A stretch of DNA of 64,000 bases. Source: an uncultured Thermotogae bacterium. Its GTDB lineage: Bacteria > Bipolaricaulota > Bipolaricaulia > RBG-16-55-9. The DNA lies in assembly GCA_964567595.1 (NCBI GenBank), contig CAZMNF010000002.1, forward strand, positions 39,149-103,148, given 5' to 3'. The notes under the pieces are model-generated. The model was not told where the DNA came from. It ran no database searches and saw nothing but the letters and a program-made list of their open reading frames with translations. How positions within the stretch are numbered: the first letter of the stretch is position 1; each line of letters starts with the position of its first letter. Both the position numbers and the translations under genes were made by a program. Shown here piece after piece: positions 7,132 through 16,714 of the stretch.

Positions 7132-9267
7132 TTATTCGGTCTCGATGCGCGGATGGCGCGGCGCGAAGATGCCGTCCGGGTTCGGGATCCCGACCCACAC
7201 GTGCAGCCCGTAAAGCGTCGGATGCCAGAACGCCAGCGGGGATCCGTCGGCGTTCTCCGCGGGGGCGTTCGAAGGGTTCGACACCGCTTGTTCGCTGCCG
7301 TCCTCAAAGTGGGCCGCCGCGGAACGGCTCGACCAGTCGCTCGCGCGGAAGATCTCGACGTCCTCCATCGTTGAGACGAAGCGGACGCCGGCGAGCGTCA
7401 TCTCCCCCTCGGCGTCCTCGGCGTAGAGCAGAACCGGCGGCTCGTCGAAGGCCGGCCGACGATCCATAAGGAACTGCTGGTTGACATACGCCTGACCGAC
7501 GCCGTCGACGAACGGGCCAACCTGCTCGTAGCCGGCGTCTTGGGCAGCACTCGGCCGCGTGAAGTCGTTCATGAGCGTGTCGAGCTGATTCAGCTGCACG
7601 ATGGCCGTGACGTCGGCGTTGGTCATGCGGTACTGCGTGCCGGGGATGAAGACATCGGCGGCGAAGCGCGCCTGGGCGTCCCGGGCCTCCTCGTCCGTGA
7701 CGACGCCCTCGTCGAGGTAATAGTCCATCCAGTCGGGGACGCTGGGCGCGCCATCGAACGCCGAGTCCGTCGTTGAGACGGGCGCTCCCCGCGGCAGGCC
7801 CTCGCGAACGGAGATGCTGACGGTCGCCGCCGAGGCGTTCCCCGCCTCATCCGTGACCCGCACGCGAACGGTGTAATCCCCCGCAGCGTTGTAGGGATGC
7901 CGAGCGGTCGCCTCGGTCGTCTCCTCATCGAACGTGCCGTCGTTGGTCCAGTCCCATTCGTAAGTGTCGATGTCGTCGTTGGGATCGGATGAGCCGGAGG
8001 CGTCGAAGACGATCGCCTCGCCGACCAGCGCCTGGCTGGGCGAGGCGCTCAGGGCCGGCTGCGGGACTCCCGCGTCGCCGTTGTCGCCCGTCTCCGCCTC
8101 GTCACGACCGTCCTCGCCATTGCCGTCCTCCGTCTGGCTGTCGTCGGTGTCCTCTCCGTCGCCGTCGTCGGTTCCCTCGTCGGGACGGCCGTCGCCCTCG
8201 CCGACTTGGATCGTCGGCGATTCCGGAAATTCCACGACGACCCGCTCGCCCTGCGGGGTCGTGTACTCGAGCTCTGACGGCGCTCGGTTCAGGTCGAACG
8301 CCCCCTGCCGCGCGAATCTGACCTGGTAGCGCGTGTGCCAGGCCTCGCCCTCGAACAGCATAGGCACGCGCCATTGGAGCTGGGTCGCGTCTCGACCGGG
8401 CAGGATCGACGGGCCGTTCTCGAGCCCCTGCACGTCGGTGACCGCCCGCGGCAGCGTCTGGGTGAGCAACAGGTAGCGCGCGGCCACGTGACGATCGCCC
8501 TCGCGGAAGATCCGCTCCAGCGCGTCATCGCCATAGCGCTGGAAAAAGCGGCCATTGGAAGCCTCTCCGACGCGGGACAACACGCTGGTCCGCACCGACG
8601 GCGTCGTGCCGATGGCAAAGATGGGCACGTCGTTCTCGCCGGCCCGTTCGGCCTCAGCAAGCGGATCACGGCCGACCTGAGCCACCCCGTCCGTCGGCGC
8701 CACGATCAACGGCGTCGCCTCAGACCGAGCGTTGTCGACGAGCTCGTCAACGGCAAGCATCAGGCCATCGCCAAGCGCCGTCTGTCGGCCCTCGACGAGC
8801 CCGTCGATGGTCTCGCGAATCTCGGCGAACGCATCCCGGTTCTCCCCATCGGACCCACCGAGCGAGGTCAGTTCCTGTTCAACCCGAGCCGAATCCGCAA
8901 ATGAGACGATCCCCACGCGATCGGCGGCCCCGAGGTGGGACACGATCGTGTGGGCGATCCCCTGGACTCGGTCCAGGTCAACGCTTGCGGATCGATCCAA
9001 CGCGAGCACCAAGTCAATCGGCCCGTCGTCCGGGTCGGGTTGCGGCCCGATCACGGAGAGCTCCACCTCGGCGGGATCGCTCTCGCCGCCCTCGGCGATC
9101 GCAATCTCCTCAGGCTCGACGTTCTGTTCAATCTGAATCGCACCGGTCGGCTGCGCGATCGTGCCCATCGCGACGATCGCCAGCAGAAGCGCCCCGACCG
9201 ACGCCACACGCCACGACTTATCCCATCTGGGCAACATACGGCGCATCGGCCGCCTCCACATCGTCAA
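7132..9267 (-). CDS. Membrane-anchored or secreted vWA domain + PKD domain protein with an uncharacterised C-terminal domain
   Basis: N-terminal hydrophobic segment, MIDAS-like VLALDRSASV, and a PKD block FDASGSSDPNDDIDTYEWDWTNDGTFD...YTVRVRVTDEAGN. I cannot place the last ~230 aa. Confidence 0.8.
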   Translation of the reverse strand: MTMWRRPMRRMLPRWDKSWRVASVGALLLAIVAMGTIAQPTGAIQIEQNVEPEEIAIAEGGESDPAEVELSVIGPQPDPDDGPIDLVLALDRSASVDLDRVQGIAHTIVSHLGAADRVGIVSFADSARVEQELTSLGGSDGENRDAFAEIRETIDGLVEGRQTALGDGLMLAVDELVDNARSEATPLIVAPTDGVAQVGRDPLAEAERAGENDVPIFAIGTTPSVRTSVLSRVGEASNGRFFQRYGDDALERIFREGDRHVAARYLLLTQTLPRAVTDVQGLENGPSILPGRDATQLQWRVPMLFEGEAWHTRYQVRFARQGAFDLNRAPSELEYTTPQGERVVVEFPESPTIQVGEGDGRPDEGTDDGDGEDTDDSQTEDGNGEDGRDEAETGDNGDAGVPQPALSASPSQALVGEAIVFDASGSSDPNDDIDTYEWDWTNDGTFDEETTEATARHPYNAAGDYTVRVRVTDEAGNASAATVSISVREGLPRGAPVSTTDSAFDGAPSVPDWMDYYLDEGVVTDEEARDAQARFAADVFIPGTQYRMTNADVTAIVQLNQLDTLMNDFTRPSAAQDAGYEQVGPFVDGVGQAYVNQQFLMDRRPAFDEPPVLLYAEDAEGEMTLAGVRFVSTMEDVEIFRASDWSSRSAAAHFEDGSEQAVSNPSNAPAENADGSPLAFWHPTLYGLHVWVGIPNPDGIFAPRHPRIETE

Positions 9268-9353
9268 TCACCTCATAAAACAGTCCGCTCACAACGGGCC
9301 ATCTCGTGGATTCTAGCGCTCTCTGTGAGACCGCTTCAATCGCGACTGACCAT

Positions 9354-10043
9354 TCAGTGCTGGACAGCCGACACGTCGAGGCCCCCCACTTTGCGTGCCT
9401 GCAACTGGAGATCGAAGCGGGCTTCGATGTGTGCCCGAACGGCGGGCTTGACCTCCTCGAGCGAGGTGGGGCGTTGGAGTTCGCGCGCCATGGAGGTCAT
9501 GACCTCGGGATTGAACCCGCAGGGCGAGATGATGCGAAAGTCGTCCAGATCCGTGGCGACGTTGAGCGCAAAGCCGTGATAGGTCACCCAGCGTCGCACG
9601 GCGATCCCGATGGAGGCGAGCTTGCGGCTCGGCGCCCCGGACGTCCAGACGCCCGTGGCGCCTTCGGAGCGCTGGGTGGGGATGCCGAAGTCGGCAAGCG
9701 CGTCCATGAGGGCCGCTTCCAGGTCGCGCAGATAGCGGTGCAGGTCGCGGCGCCCGCCCGACAGCTTCAAAATGGGATAGCCGACGAGCTGGCCCGGCCC
9801 GTGATACGTCGCCTGGCCGCCGCGCTCGATCTCGTAGACGGGCACGTCTCCATCGGTTGCCAGCGCGGTGGACGCGTCGGGTTGGCGGTGGCGCCCGAGC
9901 GTCACCACGGGCGGGTGTTCGACGAGCACGAGCGCATCCGGGACCCGCTCCCGGATGCGCTCGGTCACGAGTGCTTTCTGGAAATCCCAGACCTCGGCGA
10001 AGTCGCGCCGCCCGAGGTCGATCAACCAGGCGTCGCGGGTCAC
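9354..10043 (-). CDS. lipB: Octanoyltransferase LipB
   Basis: ERGGQATYHGPGQLVGYPI and ASIGIAVRRWVTYHGFALNV motifs; lies immediately downstream of E2. Confidence 0.9.
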   Translation of the reverse strand: MTRDAWLIDLGRRDFAEVWDFQKALVTERIRERVPDALVLVEHPPVVTLGRHRQPDASTALATDGDVPVYEIERGGQATYHGPGQLVGYPILKLSGGRRDLHRYLRDLEAALMDALADFGIPTQRSEGATGVWTSGAPSRKLASIGIAVRRWVTYHGFALNVATDLDDFRIISPCGFNPEVMTSMARELQRPTSLEEVKPAVRAHIEARFDLQLQARKVGGLDVSAVQH

Positions 10044-10047
10044 CCCA

Positions 10048-11418
10048 TCAGGCGCCCACCATGAGCCACTTGGGATTCTCCAAGAACGCCTTGACGTCCT
10101 TGGCGAACGCCGCGCCGACGTGGCCGTCGACCAACCGATGGTCGAAGGACAGCGCCAACATCATCTGCTGGCGAACGACGATCTCGTCGTCGACGACGGC
10201 CGGCTTCTTCTTGATCTCGTGCACGCCGAGGATCGCCGACTCGGGCGTGTTGACCACGGGCGTGGAGAGCATGCCGCCCTGGGCCCCGAGGCTGGTGATG
10301 GTGAACGTGCCGCCCTGCAGATCCTCGGGGCTGACCTTCGCTTCGCGGGCCAGGCCGGCGAGCCGCTCGATCTCCGCGGCGATCTCCAGCATGCTCATCA
10401 TGTCGGCGTTCTTGACCACGGGGACCATCAGTCCCTGCTGGGTCGCGGTGGCGACGCCGATGTTGTAGTAGTGCTTGAAGACGATCTCCTCGTTCTCGTG
10501 ATCGAGCGAGGCGTTGACATAGGGGTGCTTCTTCAGCGCCGCGACGCAGGCCTTGACGATAAAGGGCAGATACGTCAGCTTGACGCCCTGCTCCTTGGCG
10601 GTCTCCTTGAGGCTCTCCCGCACGCTGACCAACTCGGTCACGTCGAGCTCGTCGACGTAGGTAAAGTGCGCGGCCGTGTCCTTGGCTTCGCGCATGTGGT
10701 CGGAGATGCGGCGACGCATGCCGCGCAGCGGAACGCGATCCTCCTGCTGCTCGCCGCGAACCTGCGGTCGTTCGGGAGCCGAGGGCATCGTGGAGACCGG
10801 CTCGCGCGTCTCCGCAGGCTGCGATGGCTGGGCCGGCGCCGCTTCGGGTTCGCGCGCCTCTTCGGATGGAGCCGCGGCGGGGGCGCCGCCCTCGGCGAAC
10901 GCCCGAACGTCGTCGTCGGTCACCCGTCCGGCGGGACCGGAGCCCTGGACTTGGGCAATGTCGACGCCGAGCTCGCGGGCCAGCTTGCGCGTGGCGGGCG
11001 TGGCCAGGACGCGGCCTTGAGGCGGCGCAGGCTGTTGGCCATCGCCTGAGGCCGCCGGGGCGGCCGTCTCGGCTGCGGCCGCCGCGCCCGAGGTTGAGTC
11101 TTGGCCGTCGCTCGCCTCGGCCGCTTCGGCCGGTTCCGCGGGCTCGGCGGCGGGAGCGCCTTCGGAGGGCACCTCCTCGCCCTCGTCGCCGATCACGAGA
11201 ATGACCGACCCGACTTCGACGATGTCGCCCTCCTCGGCGTAGCGCTTCAACAGCACGCCCGAGCGGGGCGCCGGAATCTCCACGGTCGCCTTGTCGGTCA
11301 TCACCTCGACGATCGACTGGTCCTCCTCGATCTCGTCGCCTTCCTCAACGAGCCACTGGACGATCTCGCCCTCGTGGACCCCCTCACCGACGTCGGGCAG
11401 CTTGAATTCCAATGCCAT
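10048..11418 (-). CDS. Dihydrolipoamide acyltransferase (E2 component of a 2-oxoacid dehydrogenase complex)
   Basis: Lipoyl domain VMTDKATVEIP, Ala/Pro/Glu linkers, E3-binding segment ATPATRKLARELGVD, and catalytic SFDHRLVDG. Confidence 0.9.
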   Translation of the reverse strand: MALEFKLPDVGEGVHEGEIVQWLVEEGDEIEEDQSIVEVMTDKATVEIPAPRSGVLLKRYAEEGDIVEVGSVILVIGDEGEEVPSEGAPAAEPAEPAEAAEASDGQDSTSGAAAAAETAAPAASGDGQQPAPPQGRVLATPATRKLARELGVDIAQVQGSGPAGRVTDDDVRAFAEGGAPAAAPSEEAREPEAAPAQPSQPAETREPVSTMPSAPERPQVRGEQQEDRVPLRGMRRRISDHMREAKDTAAHFTYVDELDVTELVSVRESLKETAKEQGVKLTYLPFIVKACVAALKKHPYVNASLDHENEEIVFKHYYNIGVATATQQGLMVPVVKNADMMSMLEIAAEIERLAGLAREAKVSPEDLQGGTFTITSLGAQGGMLSTPVVNTPESAILGVHEIKKKPAVVDDEIVVRQQMMLALSFDHRLVDGHVGAAFAKDVKAFLENPKWLMVGA

Positions 11419-11531
11419 CTCGGGCCATCACTCCTCGGAAAATGTCCAAACAAACGCCATGGTAGCGAACGGATTCCATCAAGCCAAGGGAGAGACCCTG
11501 CTTTGTAGGGCCGTGGGTGGATTGATGATGA

Positions 11532-11805
11532 GCCTTCGATGATCTTGCGGCGGATGACGGCGCTCAGATAGTCGATAATCATGACCGTCACGACCACGAC
11601 GAGGAGATACAGACCGACCTCGGGCCAGCGCCCCTGTCGCACGGCTCGAAGAATGACGGCGCCAATGCCGCCAGCCCCGACGATCCCCAGGACGGTGGCC
11701 GCGCGAACGTTGATCTCAAAGCGGTAGATCGCCATGGCGAGAAACTCCGGGATGACTTGGGGCAAAACGGCATAGCGGAATCGGACCGCCCCCGCAGCTT
11801 CAGTC
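11532..11805 (-). pseudogene. 5'-truncated phosphonate ABC permease (PhnE-like) remnant; only the EAA loop and the last two TM segments remain
   Basis: TEAAGAVRFRYAVLPQVIPEFLAMAIYRFEINVRAATVLGIVGAGGIG...IDYLSAVIRRKIIEG matches the C-terminal ~90 aa of PhnE. There is no upstream coding continuation: an in-frame stop lies at 11817..11819 and the AT-rich junction at 11806..11900. The ORF then reads through into the E2 start region. Confidence 0.65.
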
Positions 11806-11903
11806 TGTTTGGGCGTTTAATGTTCCTGATAGATTTAGCGTGATATATAGTATAGATACAAACGGACCACTCGTCGAGTTGAATTGCCCATGGCGGCGCG
11901 GAA

Positions 11904-12530
11904 CTAGCCGCGCAATTCGCGCTCGATGTCGGTCCAACTGCGCACGACAACGACCGACGGATGGCTCGCGGCAAGGTCACCCTCGGGGATGAGGCCGAGT
12001 TCGGCCGTCAGAATGGGCCGCATTCCGCATTCCCCATAGAGTTCGCCCTCGTACGGCAGGTCGCCGATACCGGCCAGGGGACGTTCACGCTCGCAGATCG
12101 CGCTCAGGGCATCGCGCTTGTAGGCCGTATCGCCCAGGCCACGCTGCGGCTTCATGCGCAACTCAACGTGGTCCGCGTCCGGAGCGGGGAATCCGTGTCG
12201 TCGCAGCCACGTTTCCGTGCCGGCACGCATGGAGTCGCCGTCGCCGTCGTGTCGCCCTGTGAGGTAGACGAGCCGATGGCCCGCTTCGGTCCAAGCGCGG
12301 AGGACCTCGGCGGCGCGAGGCATCGGCTCGTCCAAGTCCACAAAACGCTCCGAGAGGAAAACTCGGAAGAGTCGCCGGCGTTCGTCATCGCTGACGTGGG
12401 GCTTGAAGCCGCCATAGTCGGCAAGCGCCGTCGGGACGAGCTCCGGACGGCCGATCGCTTCCAGCGAGCGGGCCAGGCGCGGACGGGCATCGGCGATGGT
12501 GTTGTCGATGTCGCAGACGAGCGTCCTCAT
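11904..12530 (-). CDS. HAD-superfamily phosphatase-like protein
   Basis: MRTLVCDIDNTIAD (DxDxT motif) and the later blocks YLTGR and GIGD. ATGA overlap (12527..12530) with the HD gene stop. The track ORF N-terminal extension to 12911 is rejected. Confidence 0.7.
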   Translation of the reverse strand: MRTLVCDIDNTIADARPRLARSLEAIGRPELVPTALADYGGFKPHVSDDERRRLFRVFLSERFVDLDEPMPRAAEVLRAWTEAGHRLVYLTGRHDGDGDSMRAGTETWLRRHGFPAPDADHVELRMKPQRGLGDTAYKRDALSAICERERPLAGIGDLPYEGELYGECGMRPILTAELGLIPEGDLAASHPSVVVVRSWTDIERELRG

Positions 12531-13825
12531 CCCAGCAGTGCCTCGACCTCCGGACGGAGCTCCGCCGGCAGGCAGAGCCGATCGTGGGTGGTGACGCGAT
12601 TGGTGATCGCGCCGATCAGCTCGGAGTGTTCGCTCAGCTCGTACAGACGCATGCGTCGATCGACGAGGTAGATGCTCTCGCTGACTTCGTCGCGCGCGGC
12701 GTGGAAAAGCCCGTCGCTGTACGGGTCGCTGACGGCCCGATCGAGGACGAGATAGTAGCGCGGGTCGAACCCTGCCGCCTGGGCCGCGTCGGCGATCTCG
12801 GCGCGCTGCATTTCGTAGCGACCCGGCTCGATCGGGATCGTTTTGAAGATCTGTCGACGCAGAAAGCGGGTTGCAAGATCGGCGAGCACGGGGTCGGCCG
12901 CTTGGGCCCACTGTCGCACGGCGTAGACGAGCGAAACGTCGTCGAGCTGGACGAACTCCTCGGCGGTCAGCGTGCGGACATTGCGCAGCATCTTCCGCAG
13001 GGGCTCAGAAAGAAACAGGCGATCGCCGGCCTCGAGCAGATCGGCCGCGCGCTGGAGCAGGCGAATGAGCATGGCGGAGGCGGCACGGCCCGTCTTGTGG
13101 TGATAGACCTGCTGGTACATGTAGTAACGGGCGAGGACGTAGCTTTCCACGGCCCGGACGCCCTTGTCCCGGTCGACGGCGATCTCCCAATCGTCAGCTC
13201 GCGGCACGATGCGGAGGCTGTGCAGGAGCCATTCCAGATCGAACCGCCCGTAGCCGACGCCCGTGTGGACGCTGTCGCGCAGGAGATAGTCCATGCGGTC
13301 GACGTCCAATTGGCTGGAGATCAGCTTGACCGCAAACGACGGCTTGAACGTCCGCTCCACGATCTGGGCGATCCATTCGGGGTAGTCGGGATGGGCCCCC
13401 CGCAGGACCTGATGGACGTCGCTGCTCGGATCGCGCAACAGGCGAACGGTCCAGCGCTCGTGGTGCTCGCCGGCAAAGTTTTCTAACAGGTGCGAGAACG
13501 GATAGTGGCCGATGTCGTGGCAAAGACTCGCCGCGAGCATCAGCTCGCGATGCGCGCGCAACGCCGCCACGAGCTCTTGATACGACGGGTCGACCTCGAG
13601 CGTCGTCATCCGCTCGATGACCCGCTTCATCAGGTACGTTGCGCCCAACGAATGGGAAAAACGGTTGTGGTCGGCCCCGGGGTAGACGACGTAGCCGGTC
13701 CCCATGAGCTTGATGTTGCGCAGTCGTTGCACCTCGCGCGTCTCGATGAGCTCCAGCACGAGCCGGTCGTGATCCTGATCGAAGCCGAGCAGGTTGTGGA
13801 CGGGATCGCGGAAGACTTTGTCCAT
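12527..13825 (-). CDS. HD-domain metal-dependent phosphohydrolase (COG1078, SAMHD1/dNTPase-like family)
   Basis: MDKVFRDPVHN...EVQRLRNIKLMG...NRFSHSLG...CHDIGHYPFSH...DVDRMDYLLRD. The track ORF 12527..15100 is trimmed because its upstream 425 codons are antisense to icd. Confidence 0.85.
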   Translation of the reverse strand: MDKVFRDPVHNLLGFDQDHDRLVLELIETREVQRLRNIKLMGTGYVVYPGADHNRFSHSLGATYLMKRVIERMTTLEVDPSYQELVAALRAHRELMLAASLCHDIGHYPFSHLLENFAGEHHERWTVRLLRDPSSDVHQVLRGAHPDYPEWIAQIVERTFKPSFAVKLISSQLDVDRMDYLLRDSVHTGVGYGRFDLEWLLHSLRIVPRADDWEIAVDRDKGVRAVESYVLARYYMYQQVYHHKTGRAASAMLIRLLQRAADLLEAGDRLFLSEPLRKMLRNVRTLTAEEFVQLDDVSLVYAVRQWAQAADPVLADLATRFLRRQIFKTIPIEPGRYEMQRAEIADAAQAAGFDPRYYLVLDRAVSDPYSDGLFHAARDEVSESIYLVDRRMRLYELSEHSELIGAITNRVTTHDRLCLPAELRPEVEALLG

Positions 13826-14008
13826 GGCGCGCTCAAGCCTACACGGGATCGCCGACGTTGTCGACAGATGCGGGATCGCGTCCACACGCTCGAAGCTGTC
13901 CCACGTTGACGGCCCACTGACGGAATCAAGCTTGATGGCAACCTGGCGCGTGGAGTAGGCTCTCAGAGGGAATTGTCCGCTTATCCCGCAGGAGGAGGCA
14001 TTGCGCGC

Positions 14009-15259
14009 ATGAGCCAGTACGACGCCGCTCAGGTTCCGGACGTTGGCGAACGGATCACGTCGTCCCATGGCCGACTGAACGTGCCTGATCGTCCTGTTGT
14101 GCCCTTTATCCAGGGCGACGGCATCGGCACCGACATCTGGCCTGCCGCGAAGCGCGTCATCGACGCCGCCGTCGAGACCGCCTACGGGGGCCAGCGCCAG
14201 ATCGAGTGGATGGAGATCTTCGCCGGCGAAAAGGGCCAGGAGGCCACGGGCGAGGTCTTGCCGACCGCGACCTTCGACGCCATCCGCGACTTCAAAGTGG
14301 CCATCAAGGGGCCCCTGACGACGCCCGTCGGCTCGGGGTATCGCAGCCTCAACGTGACGCTGCGCAAGGTGCTCGACCTCTATGCCTGCATCCGCCCCGT
14401 CCGCTACATTCCCGGCATGCCGAGCCCGCTCAAGGAGCCCGAGAAGGTCGACATGGTCGTCTTTCGCGAAAACACCGAGGACGTCTACTCGGGGATCGAG
14501 TGGGAGCAAGGCTCCGCCGAGGCCAAGCGGGTGCTCGAGTATCTCCACGACGAGTTCGGCATCGACGTTCGGGCCGATTCGGGCCTCGGCGTCAAGCCGA
14601 TGAGCGTCCACGGCTCCAAACGCCTTGTCCGCAAGGCGATCCAGTACGCCCTCCAGCGCAACCGCCAGAGCGTAACGCTCGTCCACAAGGGAAATATCAT
14701 GAAATTCACCGAGGGCGCGTTCATGCAGTGGGGCTACGATCTGGCGTCCGACGAATTCCCCGAGGACACGATCACCGAGGATGACGTCTGGGAGCATCAC
14801 GGCGGCGAGCCGCCCGCTGGCAAAGTCGTCATGAAGGACCGGATCGCCGACATCATGTTCCAGCACGCGCTCACGCGCGCCGACGAGTTCGACGTGCTGG
14901 CAACGCCCAACCTCAACGGGGACTATCTGAGCGACGCGTGCGCCGCGATGGTCGGCGGCGTCGGCATCGCGGCCGGCGCCAACATCGGCGATGAGATCGG
15001 GCTTTTTGAGGCAACTCACGGGTCGGCGCCGAAGCATGCCGGAAAGGACAAGGCCAACCCGACGGCCATGTTGCTCTCCGGCGTGCTGATGCTCGAACAC
15101 ATGGGCTGGGACGAGGCGGCCCAGTCCATCCAGGACGCCATCGACGCCACGATCAGCCAGAAGCGCGTCACCTATGACCTCGAACGCCAGATGGACGGGG
15201 CCGAGAAACTGGCCGCCAGCGAGTACGCCGAAGCCATCGTGGAAAACCTGTCAGCATGA
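14009..15259 (+). CDS. icd: NADP-dependent isocitrate dehydrogenase
   Basis: Full-length match to prokaryotic homodimeric IDH blocks ([23 protein letters not shown]). AGGAGGAGG lies 10 nt upstream of ATG 14009. Confidence 0.95.
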   Translation: MSQYDAAQVPDVGERITSSHGRLNVPDRPVVPFIQGDGIGTDIWPAAKRVIDAAVETAYGGQRQIEWMEIFAGEKGQEATGEVLPTATFDAIRDFKVAIKGPLTTPVGSGYRSLNVTLRKVLDLYACIRPVRYIPGMPSPLKEPEKVDMVVFRENTEDVYSGIEWEQGSAEAKRVLEYLHDEFGIDVRADSGLGVKPMSVHGSKRLVRKAIQYALQRNRQSVTLVHKGNIMKFTEGAFMQWGYDLASDEFPEDTITEDDVWEHHGGEPPAGKVVMKDRIADIMFQHALTRADEFDVLATPNLNGDYLSDACAAMVGGVGIAAGANIGDEIGLFEATHGSAPKHAGKDKANPTAMLLSGVLMLEHMGWDEAAQSIQDAIDATISQKRVTYDLERQMDGAEKLAASEYAEAIVENLSA

Positions 15260-16170
15260 GCGTGGCCGAAACTGTTCCCTCGGACGAGAACCTGTTCATC
15301 GTCGATGCCCAGATGATGGGTCAGTCGCGTTACGGTGGCCTCTACATTCTGCGCGCTCCGAAGCCCGTCGTTATCGAGACGGCGTTCTCGCACACGCTGG
15401 AGACCACGCTCCAGGCGCTCGATGAGGTGGGCATCGCCCCCGAGGACGTGGCCTACATCGCGCCGACGCACGTCCACATGGACCATGCCGGCGGCGCCGG
15501 CTATCTCGCGCAACGATGTCGCAACGCTCAAGTGCTCTGTCACCACGTCGGCGCCCCGCACCTGGCCGATCCGAGCAAGCTGGTCCAGAGCGTCCAACGG
15601 GCCGTCGGCCCCAATTTCCAGCACTACGGCGACATGCAACCCGTTCCCGAAGACCGTCTGGTCTCGATCGCCGACGGGGACCGCTTTGACCTCGGCGACG
15701 GCTACGCGCTGGAAGTGCTCGACACGCCCGGCCACGCGCCGCACCACGCCAGCTTCCACGAGCCCAAGACCAAGGGGCTGTTCACGGGCGACGCCGTCGG
15801 CATCTATCGCCCCCATCTGGCCGGCTTCCAGATGACCACCCCGCCGCCCCAGTTCCACCTCGACGACTGGCTCGGCACGCACGAGCGCCTGCGCGAACTG
15901 GCTCTCGATTGGCTCTACTTCACCCACTTCGGGCCCCATCAACAGCCGGCGGCGTTGATCGACGAACACGAGCGCCGGCTGCGCCAGTGGGTGGCATCAA
16001 TCGAGGAGAAGTTGAAAGAATTGGGCGATGAACAGGCCGTCAAGGACCACTTCGTCGAGCAAGCGGATCCCGAACTGCTGGACGCCTACGGGACCGAAGG
16101 CCTGCGCGCCGAGGTCGAGATGAACGTCCAGGGCGTGCTGATCTATCTGAGAAAGCACGCGTCGTCATGA
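15256..16170 (+). CDS. MBL-fold metallo-hydrolase
   Basis: [13 protein letters not shown] (HxHxDH motif) and the later [12 protein letters not shown] overlap with the icd stop. Confidence 0.85.
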   Translation: MSVAETVPSDENLFIVDAQMMGQSRYGGLYILRAPKPVVIETAFSHTLETTLQALDEVGIAPEDVAYIAPTHVHMDHAGGAGYLAQRCRNAQVLCHHVGAPHLADPSKLVQSVQRAVGPNFQHYGDMQPVPEDRLVSIADGDRFDLGDGYALEVLDTPGHAPHHASFHEPKTKGLFTGDAVGIYRPHLAGFQMTTPPPQFHLDDWLGTHERLRELALDWLYFTHFGPHQQPAALIDEHERRLRQWVASIEEKLKELGDEQAVKDHFVEQADPELLDAYGTEGLRAEVEMNVQGVLIYLRKHASS

Positions 16171-16679
16171 GCGCTTCGATTGATGTCCGCGTGTTGAACC
16201 CGCGCGAGCGGTCCAAGTACCGCTGGCCCGTCCGGGAGCTGGCCCAAGAGGAAGGGCTGCTCGTCGCCCACGGCCCGTGGGAGCGCCCTCTGGAGTTCAT
16301 CTCCCAAGAGACGGAAGCGCCCGTGACGAACCAGTCGATCGAGTTCTACTGGTGGGAGGCGCCGTACACCGTGGCAGCGGCGTACGACGAGAACTGGTCG
16401 CTGCAGGAACTTTACGGTCGGGTGATCCGCCCGCCCCGCTGGAACGAAGCGGAGCGCCGACTCGAGCTCGTCTCGCTCGGGCTGGATCTTCAAGTGACGC
16501 CGGGGCTGTCGTACGAGATCCTAGAACACGGCGACTACGAGGAGCTCGACGAGGCGGATGTCGCCACGTCACAGGAGGGGCTCATGGGACTCATTGAGAT
16601 GATCGAGCGACTTGAAGGCCCGTTCGACCCCGCCTGGCGCAGTCGCTACGAGCACCTTGTCCCTCACGGCGAATCCTGA
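16167..16679 (+). CDS. Hypothetical protein (170 aa), translationally coupled to the MBL hydrolase
   Basis: ATGA overlap at 16167..16170 and coding-like composition; no motif recognised. Confidence 0.55.
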   Translation: MSASIDVRVLNPRERSKYRWPVRELAQEEGLLVAHGPWERPLEFISQETEAPVTNQSIEFYWWEAPYTVAAAYDENWSLQELYGRVIRPPRWNEAERRLELVSLGLDLQVTPGLSYEILEHGDYEELDEADVATSQEGLMGLIEMIERLEGPFDPAWRSRYEHLVPHGES

Positions 16680-16714
16680 ACGGGCTCCGTCGACGCCGGC
16701 GTGCACTCATTCCG

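Noticed and set aside
13826-15100. Upstream 425 codons of the 857-aa minus-strand ORF 12527..15100
   Set aside because: The region is antisense to the unmistakable icd gene. The real HD-domain gene starts at ATG 13825 (MDKVFRDPVHN). Long antisense ORFs are expected at this GC content.
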